A DNA stretch of 30,035 nucleotides, taken from NCBI GenBank assembly GCA_050506795.1, contig JBJHCF010000053.1, positions 1-30,035 of the forward strand, written 5' to 3'. Below are positions 1 through 8,391 of this stretch, piece after piece. This stretch comes from Opitutia bacterium (GTDB taxonomy: Bacteria > Verrucomicrobiota > Verrucomicrobiia > Opitutales > T3Sed10-336). Every line of letters starts with the position of its first letter. The first letter of the stretch is position 1. The translations under genes and the position numbers were made by a program. The notes under the pieces are model-generated. The model ran no database searches and was not told where the DNA came from. It saw only the letters and a program-made list of their open reading frames with translations.

Positions 1-63
1 CATAACCACTTTCCAGGGCGATTCGAGGCCCAATGCCGTCGTAAACAATTCGTTCTGAGTCAT
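1..63 (-). CDS. ISL3-family transposase, N-terminal 21 codons (partial)
   Basis: ATG at 63 gives MTQNELFTTALGLESPWKVVM..., open to the window edge. LFxxALGLxxPWxV is the characteristic ISL3 transposase N-terminus. Not in the ORF track. Confidence 0.75.
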   Translation of the reverse strand, partial: MTQNELFTTALGLESPWKVVM

Positions 64-126
64 GCGCCGAGCCTAGCAAATCTCAAAAATCCGTCGAGAT
101 TCACCCATCCCAAACAGCGAAAGGCC
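1..126 (-). mobile_element. Left end of an ISL3-family insertion sequence (continues beyond the left window edge)
   Basis: The minus strand from 126 reads GGCCTTTCGCTGTTTGGGATGGGTG, resembling ISL3-type terminal IRs (GGCTCTTCGC...). It is preceded by an AT-rich site (127-134, actaatat on +) and followed ~60 bp later by an ISL3-like transposase start. Confidence 0.75.
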
Positions 127-408
127 ACTAATATTGACTTCCCAAGCGATAGGTGCTCCGGATCCTTCTATCACCTCCGGAAGGGCATCCCACTCCATAT
201 GGTCCTCCGAGAAAAGCTCATCCGCAAAGTCGATTTCGTAAGTATGGAACATCGACCCCCACCAACTGAGGATCACCGCATCCTCTGTGGACCCCTCGGT
301 CACAAGGAGGCCTTCGTTAGGGTCCCAGGGTGTTTGGGCGTGGAGCGAATAGGAGGAGAGCATGAGGGTGATACCGAAAGCAGAGGCAATAGGGATAAGT
401 TTTTTCAT
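127..408 (-). pseudogene. 5' part of a secreted protein gene interrupted by the ISL3 element
   Basis: ATG at 408 gives a signal peptide (MKKLIPIASAFGITLMLSSYSLHA/QT) then DPNEG...LSWWG...TYEI...DEL...W...EGSGAPIAW. After ...WEVNIS the frame runs into the IS end, so the last 17 residues of ORF 73..435 (GLSLF...FEIC) are IS-derived. Confidence 0.7.
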
Positions 409-457
409 TTTTCCAAGGTGAGGTTGAGGTTTCAAAAGATCGCGACGTAAAGGCCGG

Positions 458-1309
458 TCAGCGTTGCGGGGGGTCCACAGGCCAGAAATTGATGACCGTG
501 GGGCGTTCCGGAGGAGGATTGGCTTGCCGGTGGCGTTCCCAGGCCGCGTTGAGCGCCTGGCGGCGCTGGTATTCCACCTTCAACCGCTCTTCGTTTTGTT
601 GGTACCAGGCGTGCAGAGCGTCGATGGGAGCGAGGGCATTCCTGCTTGGGGTGGCCGAACTCCGGCTCGAAACCACATAATCGGCCCGTTCCGTATCGAA
701 GCTTCCCGGCGGTGGCAGGTGGTGGTTTTTGCCGGCGGTATCCGCTTCTCCGATACCCATCATAAGGGTGTAATAGGTTCGGCCGTCGCCAGCCTCGAAA
801 CCCCTGACACCGCGCATGAAATTGAAGTCGATGTTGGAATCGACTTCGTACATCCGCCCCTCATGCACCCATCGGATGCGGGATATTTCCCGGTCGTAGA
901 TGGTCACGGAAAGGGGCAGGACAACGTTCTCCAGGTAATCCGTGCGCTGGAGGTAGGCCAACGCCGCCAGCGGAAGCCCGTAATCCAGAGCCACCTCCAG
1001 CTCATCGTCCGAGAACCTCGCGTAGGGGTCGGGCTTCTCCTCCGGTTCGGGCACGGGAATATCGGGCGGTTTGACCCGATTCATGATCAGATTCGGCCGG
1101 CCTTCCCGGGAGACCTCGCGTGATTCGAGGACTTCGAATTCAACGCGGTTGATAGGACGCGCGGCTTCCCGATCGGCCCGCGCCGCGGCTTCCGCCCGGA
1201 CGATCGCGTCGGCCTCGGCATCGCTCAACGGCAGGAGATCATGACTATCGTTGGCTATTGCGACAAGCCATGGCAATGAAGTGATCAGGAGTAGGTATCG
1301 AATTTTCAT
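458..1309 (-). CDS. Hypothetical exported protein (283 aa)
   Basis: ATG start with an N-terminal signal-like hydrophobic stretch and a natural protein composition. Contains SVTIYD...W...SNIDF and LHAWY...L...YQRR...PPP...INFWP segments. Co-oriented 49 bp upstream of the interrupted gene. Confidence 0.8.
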   Translation of the reverse strand: MKIRYLLLITSLPWLVAIANDSHDLLPLSDAEADAIVRAEAAARADREAARPINRVEFEVLESREVSREGRPNLIMNRVKPPDIPVPEPEEKPDPYARFSDDELEVALDYGLPLAALAYLQRTDYLENVVLPLSVTIYDREISRIRWVHEGRMYEVDSNIDFNFMRGVRGFEAGDGRTYYTLMMGIGEADTAGKNHHLPPPGSFDTERADYVVSSRSSATPSRNALAPIDALHAWYQQNEERLKVEYQRRQALNAAWERHRQANPPPERPTVINFWPVDPPQR

Positions 1310-1624
1310 GGTGACTGGTTAGTGTTATCCTTGGAACAATTCGGTGGGTCGGACTGTATTCGGAAAACTCCGACGGGCAATTTCATTAGCAAGGTGATCG
1401 GAATTTATAAAGAACCGGCATGCATACTATTATCATTAGGTGAAACTCGGAACGGCGGCGAAATCCACAGGATCCAGCCAACGCATAACCGTATCGGTTT
1501 TGTTTACGTTAGAAACGCTGCCTGATTTCCTGTCAACCCCTAAAATTGAGAAATCTTCAACCTGAGCGAACGAAGCCCTCGGAACCTCGTTCGACCTCAA
1601 AAAACTTCGACCCGAACCGGACGC

Positions 1625-2989
1625 TTATTCAGCGGCGTATCCGAGATGCAAATATATCCGGCTCACCTCGCCTTCGCGGAAGGTGCTATTGACCACCACC
1701 GGACGCCCGTCCGTGTCCACCGCCATCTTGCGCATCAGCAACCCCTGCTGGCTTCCGCTGAAACCCAGCGCGGGGTTGGAGGTACCCTCCACCAGAACCG
1801 GCGAAGAAAAGCTCTCTCCCCCGTCGTCGGAATAGGCGACTCCCAGCCCCAATGGACGTGGATAGCGCTGTGGAAAATGCTCCCAGTTGAGAAACAGGCG
1901 ACCACTTTCGCTCACCGCCAACCGGGGATAGTGTACGCTATGGCCTCCGTGCGCATCATGCGGTACGATGACGCGCGAAGGCTCAAAGGTTTCCCCACCG
2001 TCATGCGAGCGCATCAAGCGAAGATGATACCGCTGTCGCATTCCTCCCGGACTCTCCCCGTAAGCCAGGTGGAGAGTCCCCTCCCCGTCCAAGGCCAGCG
2101 AAGGCGCATCGGAATGTCCGTCGCTTTCACCTACGCGGCGCGGCGGGCCAAAAGATCGGCCGCGGTTGTGTGAGCGGACCAAATGAATGTCCGCCGCGGG
2201 ATCCTCGCCTATCGTCCACGCCAGAAAAACGTCTCCGTCATCGGAGGCGGCGAGAGAAGGCGCCCGCGCCGGGGCATTCGTTCCGCGGGCAACAATCGCT
2301 TGAGCTTCCGAAAAACTCCGGCCTCCGTCATCCGAACGCCGGAACCAGAGTCCCCCCTCGTACTCGGTCCAGGCGACATACACATCCTCTCCCGGCCCAG
2401 CGACGATGTCCAGGCTGCCGTTCTCCCACATCTCCCGCGTTAGTCGTCCCTTGCCGGCGCCGGCAGGACTGTTGGAGAGGTTCATCGGCTCGCTAAAACT
2501 TTTGCCGCCGTCCTTCGAACGGGCGAATAGAATCTCGCCACCGTGAGACCCTCCGGAGAAGATGATCTCCTGCCACAGGACGAGAATCGTGTCCGCATCC
2601 ATGAAGACCAATCGCGGCAGCCAGGAGAAAACCTCCGGGCTATTGGAAATATTGACCGCTCGGTCCATCCGGGGTTGCCCCGCTCCATCGAAAAGCCGGA
2701 AGTGAATATCCTGCCCAGAATGATCCGCCCACAATACACCGATTCGGTCTTCCCCCCACACCGCGACCGCCGGGTCATCGACAAAATCGAAGTTCGATTC
2801 ATTCATTCGCCACGGTCCGCGGTAGGCGTTGCCCGATGCGATTTCAATCGGCTCATTCCACCGTATCTCCTTTTCCGATTCCTCGCCCTCGGAAGCGAGC
2901 GGGAAGACTCCAAACACCGCAGCAAAAACTCCGATAAAAAACAGCCGTCCCGCCACATTCCCGCAAAAGTCAGGTTTTTTTCGGTTCAT
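1625..2989 (-). CDS. Secreted BNR/Asp-box repeat (sialidase-fold beta-propeller) protein
   Basis: Five Asp-box-like motifs: RSKDGGKSF, RSDDGGRSF, RSHNRGRSF, RSHDGGETF, YSDDGGESF. Signal peptide follows ATG 2989 (the ORF track starts at TTG 3025). Confidence 0.85.
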   Translation of the reverse strand: MNRKKPDFCGNVAGRLFFIGVFAAVFGVFPLASEGEESEKEIRWNEPIEIASGNAYRGPWRMNESNFDFVDDPAVAVWGEDRIGVLWADHSGQDIHFRLFDGAGQPRMDRAVNISNSPEVFSWLPRLVFMDADTILVLWQEIIFSGGSHGGEILFARSKDGGKSFSEPMNLSNSPAGAGKGRLTREMWENGSLDIVAGPGEDVYVAWTEYEGGLWFRRSDDGGRSFSEAQAIVARGTNAPARAPSLAASDDGDVFLAWTIGEDPAADIHLVRSHNRGRSFGPPRRVGESDGHSDAPSLALDGEGTLHLAYGESPGGMRQRYHLRLMRSHDGGETFEPSRVIVPHDAHGGHSVHYPRLAVSESGRLFLNWEHFPQRYPRPLGLGVAYSDDGGESFSSPVLVEGTSNPALGFSGSQQGLLMRKMAVDTDGRPVVVNSTFREGEVSRIYLHLGYAAE

Positions 2990-3186
2990 AGAACCTATTC
3001 TATCCAGGAACCGTTCTTGTGCCAACCAGAAACGGTCGCCACCGTATCCCCACCGAAGGTCTGTAATCCGCCGGCCGCTGGTTTATCCGAGGCCAGTTTA
3101 TGCCAAGGCCGTATTTACGGTGATTCGTTTGCCAAAGTGAAGCGCACTGGATGGGAATTAAATTCTTGGCCTGAGGCGAAGTCTCG

Positions 3187-4206
3187 TCACAACTTCAGGT
3201 GCTCCCCAACCAGACGCTTCAATTGGTCCTGTCGGCCGGTATCGCGATAGGACGGGAGCGGGCGCAGCGCTTCGATTTGCCGCGAGATTTCCATCATCCC
3301 GACCGAGGTCAAAAGCATCGGAATCTCCTTTTCCCGCGCCAGGGCGATAACCGAGCTATCGGGCGATCCCTCGCCCGACAGGACGATTCCAGCCGCCCCG
3401 GTCTCCAGTGCCGCCACGATCAGGTCCGTGCGATCGACTTCAGTCACCACCAGTTTGTTTCGCGAATGAAACGTCGGGGACTTCCGGGCCGCGGCGGCCG
3501 GAACCACCCCCGAAAACACGCCGTCCACCACCGTCTCCGCACCCGGCCGGCCGGTGATCGGCTTCACGAACAATTCGTCTTCCAGGTAGGCCAGGGTCAA
3601 GGCGCAAACCGACCCTTCGCGCGGCACCACTCCCACCACCGGCAACCCCGCGGCCTCGATCAAGGGTAAGTGATGCTTCGTGAAATCCTCCGGATCCAAA
3701 ACCCGGTTCAGGATCAACCCTCCGAAAACATCCTCCCGGGAAAAATTACGCCCCGCCAGAAAATGCGCGTCGTCCACCATCACCTCGGCGTCTCCGGCAA
3801 GCACGACGTATAGCCGGGCCTGCAACCGCCGCGCCAGGGTCACCGGATCGAGTCCCAGCGACGCCCCGCTGGCCAAATCCGCTCCGGTCTCCACCAGCAG
3901 GAGTTCTTTTCCCGCACCCGCCGCGTCCGCCGCCGCAAGCAGTCGTTTCTCCAACGCCTCTCCGGGATGGGAAAAGCGAAGTTTGGAGTGGTCGAATCCC
4001 AAGGTGATCGAATCGGGATCCGTATCCAGTTCCAGAACACGCGCCATCAGCGACGCATCGGAATCCCACAAGCGTTTCTTTTTGTAATGGGGACGATCTC
4101 CCAGAGGTTTCATATAACCGGCCCCGCCCTTTTCGAGGGCATAACCCAACAAGAGGCTGGTTTTTCCGGAGTCGCGGTGCATGGAGGCAAATACAATACG
4201 TTGCAT
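3187..4206 (-). CDS. AAA_26 (BioD-like) + DRTGG domain protein (phosphotransacetylase N-terminal-like, no catalytic PTA domain)
   Basis: P-loop-like DSGKT, YMKPLG, LLVETG, LILNRV, then VTEVDRTDLIVAALE...GIVLSG. ATG 4206 has an AGAAAGG RBS upstream. Confidence 0.85.
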   Translation of the reverse strand: MQRIVFASMHRDSGKTSLLLGYALEKGGAGYMKPLGDRPHYKKKRLWDSDASLMARVLELDTDPDSITLGFDHSKLRFSHPGEALEKRLLAAADAAGAGKELLLVETGADLASGASLGLDPVTLARRLQARLYVVLAGDAEVMVDDAHFLAGRNFSREDVFGGLILNRVLDPEDFTKHHLPLIEAAGLPVVGVVPREGSVCALTLAYLEDELFVKPITGRPGAETVVDGVFSGVVPAAAARKSPTFHSRNKLVVTEVDRTDLIVAALETGAAGIVLSGEGSPDSSVIALAREKEIPMLLTSVGMMEISRQIEALRPLPSYRDTGRQDQLKRLVGEHLKL

Positions 4207-4219
4207 GACAGACCTTTCT

Positions 4220-6340
4220 TTATACTGAAGATGATAACAGAATTCGCGCGTCCACGGCCAGAACACCGTCGCCCTGATCGTAAACGCGAACCGGATTGAT
4301 CTCGATATCGTCCACCTGAGGACACCGGGCGATGGTTTGCCCGAGTTTCAGAATGACGTCCACCAGGGCGTCGATGTCCTTGCGTTCCTCTCCCCGTGCT
4401 CCCAAAAGCAGCGGGAACGCACGCAGTTGACCCAACATGTCACGCACCGCCTCGCCATCCAAAGGTGCGGCACGAAACGCGACATCGCGAAAGACCTCCA
4501 CATAAACCCCTCCCAGACCCGCCATCACCACGGGTCCGAAAACCGGATCCCTCCTCGCGCCGACGATCATCTCCAGGCCGGGCGGCGCCATAGCGGCCAC
4601 TTCGACGCCCCTGATCTCCGCCTGCGGGCAGGCCCGGCGAACGTTGCCCAGCAGGCCTTGGTAGGCATCCGCCAGTTCTCGCGCGTCGCGCAGATCGAGG
4701 ACGACTCCTCCCACATCGGTTTTGTGCAGGATGTCCGGTGACGCGATTTTCAACACCACCGGATACCCAACCCGATCGGCAATGGAAAGAGCCTCCTCGA
4801 GGTCGTGGGCCAGCCCCCGGCCGGGAAAGGGAATTCCGGACGCCTCGAGCGCGGCGGCGTTCTCCTCGGGCAACAGGAAATGACGCCCGTTCTTCAGAGC
4901 GTCCTCTGCCAGCCGGTCAATCACCGGTGAATCGAGTACCACCGCTTCCGGCTCACGATCGACCAGGCCTTTGCGTTTCTCGTACTGATTGAGGGCTCCC
5001 AAACATCGAATCGCATCGTAAACATCACCAAAAACCGGTATCCGGTCGGAACGCAGTTCCGCCGATATCGCCTCGGTTCGGGCGCCGCCCATGGTGGAAA
5101 ACACAATCGACTTTCCGGCGTCGTGAAATGCCTGGAAATGCTTGCGGAACACCTCCGCCAAAGCGTCGGGCTCCAGTACGGCGGTTTCGCAATAAAGCGC
5201 GGCCACGGATTGCACCGCGGGAATCTCCAGCGCCAGGGAGAGCGCCCGATCGTAATCGCCCGGCGTCGCCTCACCGGTGAGGTCCACCGGATTGCGCGCC
5301 GAGCCGTAAGCGGGAATCACCGGTGAAAAACGTTGTCGCAAACCGGTCGCGTCGTCGTGGAGGGTCAGCCCGTACTTCTCGGAAGCATCGGTGGCCAAAA
5401 CCCCCATGCCGCCGCCATTGGTCACAATCAAGGTCTCTCCGCAGGGAGTGAGGGCGGCCCCCGAAAAGAAACGGCACAAATCAAACGCTTCCCCAATGCT
5501 TTCCGCGCGCAGGCCGCCGCACTGACGAACCAGATCCTCAAACACATTGTCCTCACCCGCCAGCGAACCGGTGTGCGACGCCGCCGCGGCGGCGCCCCGG
5601 TTGGAGCGCCCGGACTTGATAATAACCACCGGCTTTTCGGTTGCGATACCCTTCAGCGCGGCCAGCAGTTTCTCGCCGTCCTTGACCCCTTCCAGGTAAA
5701 TCATGACCACGCGGGTGCTTTCGTCGTGGCGAAGGTAGTCGAGCAATTCCACTTCCGACACGTCGGCTTTGTTGCCCAGAGAGACAATCACCGAAAGGCC
5801 GAGGTTTTCCATCGCCGTCCGCCCGATCATGGACAGGCCGAGGGCGCCGCTTTGAGAGAGTATGGCGACCCCGCCCGCCGGAATCTCCTCCGGACCGAAA
5901 GTACAGTTTATCGGCGCGGTTGCGCTGAAGATGCCAAACATATTCGGCCCCAGCAAACGCAAACCGTGCTCGCGGGCGTAGGTGGCAATGGCGGCCTCCT
6001 CCTCCCGTTTTCCGATCTCCGCGAATCCGGAAGAGATAATCAGCGCGTAGGCCACCTTCTTTCGGCAACAGTCCTTCACCGCGTCCAGAACCCGGGCGGC
6101 GGGCACCGCGATGACCGCGACATCAATCGGGCCCGGCACCGCATCCAGTTCGGGTATAACAGCATAACCTTCGACTTCTCCGCCTCGGGGATTAACGGGG
6201 TACACTTCCCCCTGAAACCCGGAACTGCGAATATTGCGTACGATTTTGCCGCCGATTTTTTCCGGATTCCCGCTCGCACCAATGACCGCGACGGATCTCG
6301 GGCGGAAAAGTAGACCGATATCAGGTGAAGGTGTTTTCAT
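4220..6340 (-). CDS. acdAB: ADP-forming acetate/acyl-CoA ligase, fused alpha+beta subunits
   Basis: LFRPRSVAVIGAS, YPVNP, GPNMFG, SQSGAL, SLGNKAD, YLEG, active-site SHTGSLAG, NPVDL, and ATP-grasp motifs GYPVVLK..ILHKTDVGGV, DPVFGP, EINP, AVDAR. Confidence 0.92.
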   Translation of the reverse strand: MKTPSPDIGLLFRPRSVAVIGASGNPEKIGGKIVRNIRSSGFQGEVYPVNPRGGEVEGYAVIPELDAVPGPIDVAVIAVPAARVLDAVKDCCRKKVAYALIISSGFAEIGKREEEAAIATYAREHGLRLLGPNMFGIFSATAPINCTFGPEEIPAGGVAILSQSGALGLSMIGRTAMENLGLSVIVSLGNKADVSEVELLDYLRHDESTRVVMIYLEGVKDGEKLLAALKGIATEKPVVIIKSGRSNRGAAAAASHTGSLAGEDNVFEDLVRQCGGLRAESIGEAFDLCRFFSGAALTPCGETLIVTNGGGMGVLATDASEKYGLTLHDDATGLRQRFSPVIPAYGSARNPVDLTGEATPGDYDRALSLALEIPAVQSVAALYCETAVLEPDALAEVFRKHFQAFHDAGKSIVFSTMGGARTEAISAELRSDRIPVFGDVYDAIRCLGALNQYEKRKGLVDREPEAVVLDSPVIDRLAEDALKNGRHFLLPEENAAALEASGIPFPGRGLAHDLEEALSIADRVGYPVVLKIASPDILHKTDVGGVVLDLRDARELADAYQGLLGNVRRACPQAEIRGVEVAAMAPPGLEMIVGARRDPVFGPVVMAGLGGVYVEVFRDVAFRAAPLDGEAVRDMLGQLRAFPLLLGARGEERKDIDALVDVILKLGQTIARCPQVDDIEINPVRVYDQGDGVLAVDARILLSSSV

Positions 6341-8247
6341 CTCGATTGCGTCTCCCCAAAAGCCATCTTCATTTCATAAATTCCGGCTTCCTTGCGCTTT
6401 TGTATATCAAATCCCATGCTTTCAAAAAGGTGCAGCATCGCGCCGTTTTCCACCAGGACTTCCGCCGTAAAGCCGTACAGGCCCTGACGGCGTGCCAATT
6501 CGTAAAGGTACCTCAATAAGGCCGTGCCGACCCCCCGGTTCTGAAACTTGTCACTGACCACCAGAGCCACCTCGGCGAAGTGCGACTGCTCGTCAACGCC
6601 GTATTGGCCAACGCCCAAAACCGTTTCGTGGTCGGGTCCGCCTTCCGTGGCCAGAATCACCATGGAGCTGGTGTAATCAATCACCACAAACTCCTGCAAC
6701 CGCGCGTGCGGCATATCGGCGCGCACGGAAATAAAGCGCCGGTAAATGCTCTGGTCCGACAGAGAGTAAAAGAAGTCTTTAAGCAACGGCTCATCCTTGA
6801 TTTTCACCGGGCGAAGCAAAACTTCATCGTCGGTTTTGGGAAGTTTACGAAAGCGCTCCAACTCCTCCGGGTACTCCCCCCGTCGCCCCGGAATGAAAGC
6901 CTGGTCGGGGTAGATAAGATTCAATCGTTTGGCTGCTTCGATCAATCCCGGACGGTAGTCCGGATGCGCGATGGCGATCAGCTCCATCGCTCTCTCCCGG
7001 ATGTTTTTGCCGTGCAGGTAGGCAATACCGTATTCACTGACAACATAATGAACGTCACCGCGATGCAGAGTGACTCCCGTTCCTTCACTCAGTCGGGACA
7101 CAATACGGGAAATCGAGCCCTGCCGCGCGGTTGACGGAATGGCCAAAATTGTTTTTCCTCCCCTGGACATATGCGCTCCGCGCATGAAGTCGGTTTGCCC
7201 GCCGACCCCGGAAAAAAACGCCCCGCCCACCGATTCGGCGGTGGCCTGACCGGTAAGATCGATCTCCAGCGCGCTATTGATCGCCGTCATGTTGTCGTGT
7301 CCGGCAATGACCAAAGGATTATTGGTGTAATCAATCGGACGGAATTCGATCGCCGGGTTATCGTGGAGAAAAGCATACGTATCACTGTCTCCCATGCAAA
7401 ACGAGGCCACCGTCTTGCCTCGATGCAGGGTCTTACGGGTGTTATCGATCACTCCCGCCTTCATCAGCGACACCACTCCGGCCGTGAGGAGTTCCGTGTG
7501 CACCCCCAGGTGTTTTTTCCCGCCCAGGTTTTTAAGGACCGCATTGGGCACCCGGCCGTAACCCACCTGCAGGGTGTCTCCATCCTGAACCAGCCGGGCG
7601 ATGTGACGGCCGATACTTTCCGCCGCGCGCTCCTCAACCGGGTCGCGGTTATTGGGAAGCGCCATCACCGGTTCGTCGCACACCATCGCGCAATCGATTT
7701 GGTCCCAGTGGATAAAGGTTTCTCCCAGGGTGCGGGGCATGTTCGGGTTGATTTGCGCAATGACCAAGGTCGCGCTTTCCACCGCCGACTTCACGATATC
7801 CACGCTGATCCCCAAACTGACGTAGCCGTGAGCGTCCGGCGGCGAAACCTGAATCAGGGCCACGTCGATGGGAACGATGCGTTCGCGGAATAAACGGGGG
7901 ACATTCGAGAGGAACACAGGAGTGTAATCGGCCAGTCCCTCGTTGACCGCTGTCCGGGTGCCCCGGGCGAGGAAGAACGAATTGTGACGAAAGTTACTCT
8001 CGAAACGGGCCTCCGCATAGGGTGCCACCCCGAGTGTCCACACGTGGAAGATTTCCGCACCAAACACCGCTTTCGGGTGTGCTTCAACATAACGGATCAA
8101 CGCATCCACCAGGGCACGGGGCTCGCCGCAACCCGTGCCGACAAAAATCCGGTCCCCCCGGTGAAGACGGGTGAATATCACGTCCACCGAAGGAAACTTC
8201 TTCGGATGCTCACGCCGAAAGGCGTCCAAACGCTGACCGTCCTTCAT
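6337..8247 (-). CDS. Acetyl-CoA hydrolase/CoA-transferase fused to a C-terminal GNAT acetyltransferase
   Basis: DVALIQVSPPD, TLQVGYG, LGVHTE, INSALEIDLTGQ, GGQTDFMRGA, VVSEYGIAYL, then GNAT motifs RPVKIKDE...FFYSLS...YRRF, FQNRGVGTALL, NGAMLHLFESMGF. Stop overlaps the next start (ATGA, 6337-6340). Confidence 0.92.
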   Translation of the reverse strand: MKDGQRLDAFRREHPKKFPSVDVIFTRLHRGDRIFVGTGCGEPRALVDALIRYVEAHPKAVFGAEIFHVWTLGVAPYAEARFESNFRHNSFFLARGTRTAVNEGLADYTPVFLSNVPRLFRERIVPIDVALIQVSPPDAHGYVSLGISVDIVKSAVESATLVIAQINPNMPRTLGETFIHWDQIDCAMVCDEPVMALPNNRDPVEERAAESIGRHIARLVQDGDTLQVGYGRVPNAVLKNLGGKKHLGVHTELLTAGVVSLMKAGVIDNTRKTLHRGKTVASFCMGDSDTYAFLHDNPAIEFRPIDYTNNPLVIAGHDNMTAINSALEIDLTGQATAESVGGAFFSGVGGQTDFMRGAHMSRGGKTILAIPSTARQGSISRIVSRLSEGTGVTLHRGDVHYVVSEYGIAYLHGKNIRERAMELIAIAHPDYRPGLIEAAKRLNLIYPDQAFIPGRRGEYPEELERFRKLPKTDDEVLLRPVKIKDEPLLKDFFYSLSDQSIYRRFISVRADMPHARLQEFVVIDYTSSMVILATEGGPDHETVLGVGQYGVDEQSHFAEVALVVSDKFQNRGVGTALLRYLYELARRQGLYGFTAEVLVENGAMLHLFESMGFDIQKRKEAGIYEMKMAFGETQSR

Positions 8248-8334
8248 TGAGATGGATGATGTCCTTAACGCCCGGACCGATGCGAGGGAATTTCCCGGAT
8301 AACGGAGATCATCCTCCGCTTATGAATCTTTGTT

Positions 8335-8352
8335 ATACGTAGAATCACGTAT
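8335..8352. promoter_or_regulatory. Candidate operator palindrome in the divergent intergenic region
   Basis: ATACGT-agaatc-ACGTAT perfect 6-bp inverted repeat in the AT-rich 144-bp gap between the two divergent operons. Confidence 0.3.
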
Positions 8353-8391
8353 GGTTAAAATCCCAAGCTCCTGTTAGGTTCTTCCCCGATT

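Noticed and set aside
73..435. Intact 120-aa small protein
   Set aside because: The TTG start is upstream of the signal-peptide Met (408), and the stop lies inside the ISL3 end. Better read as an interrupted gene.
1322..1525. 67-aa plus-strand ORF in the AT-rich gap
   Set aside because: GTG start, no motif and atypical codon usage. More likely the promoter region of the 458..1309 gene (minus-strand TTGACA at 1531-1536).
1625..2989. Calling this a true sialidase
   Set aside because: Asp-boxes indicate the fold only. I could not identify a (F/Y)RIP motif or the arginine triad, so the activity is unassigned.
4220..6340. Calling this the protein acetyltransferase Pat/PatZ
   Set aside because: This polypeptide has no GNAT domain and retains the catalytic His (SHTG).
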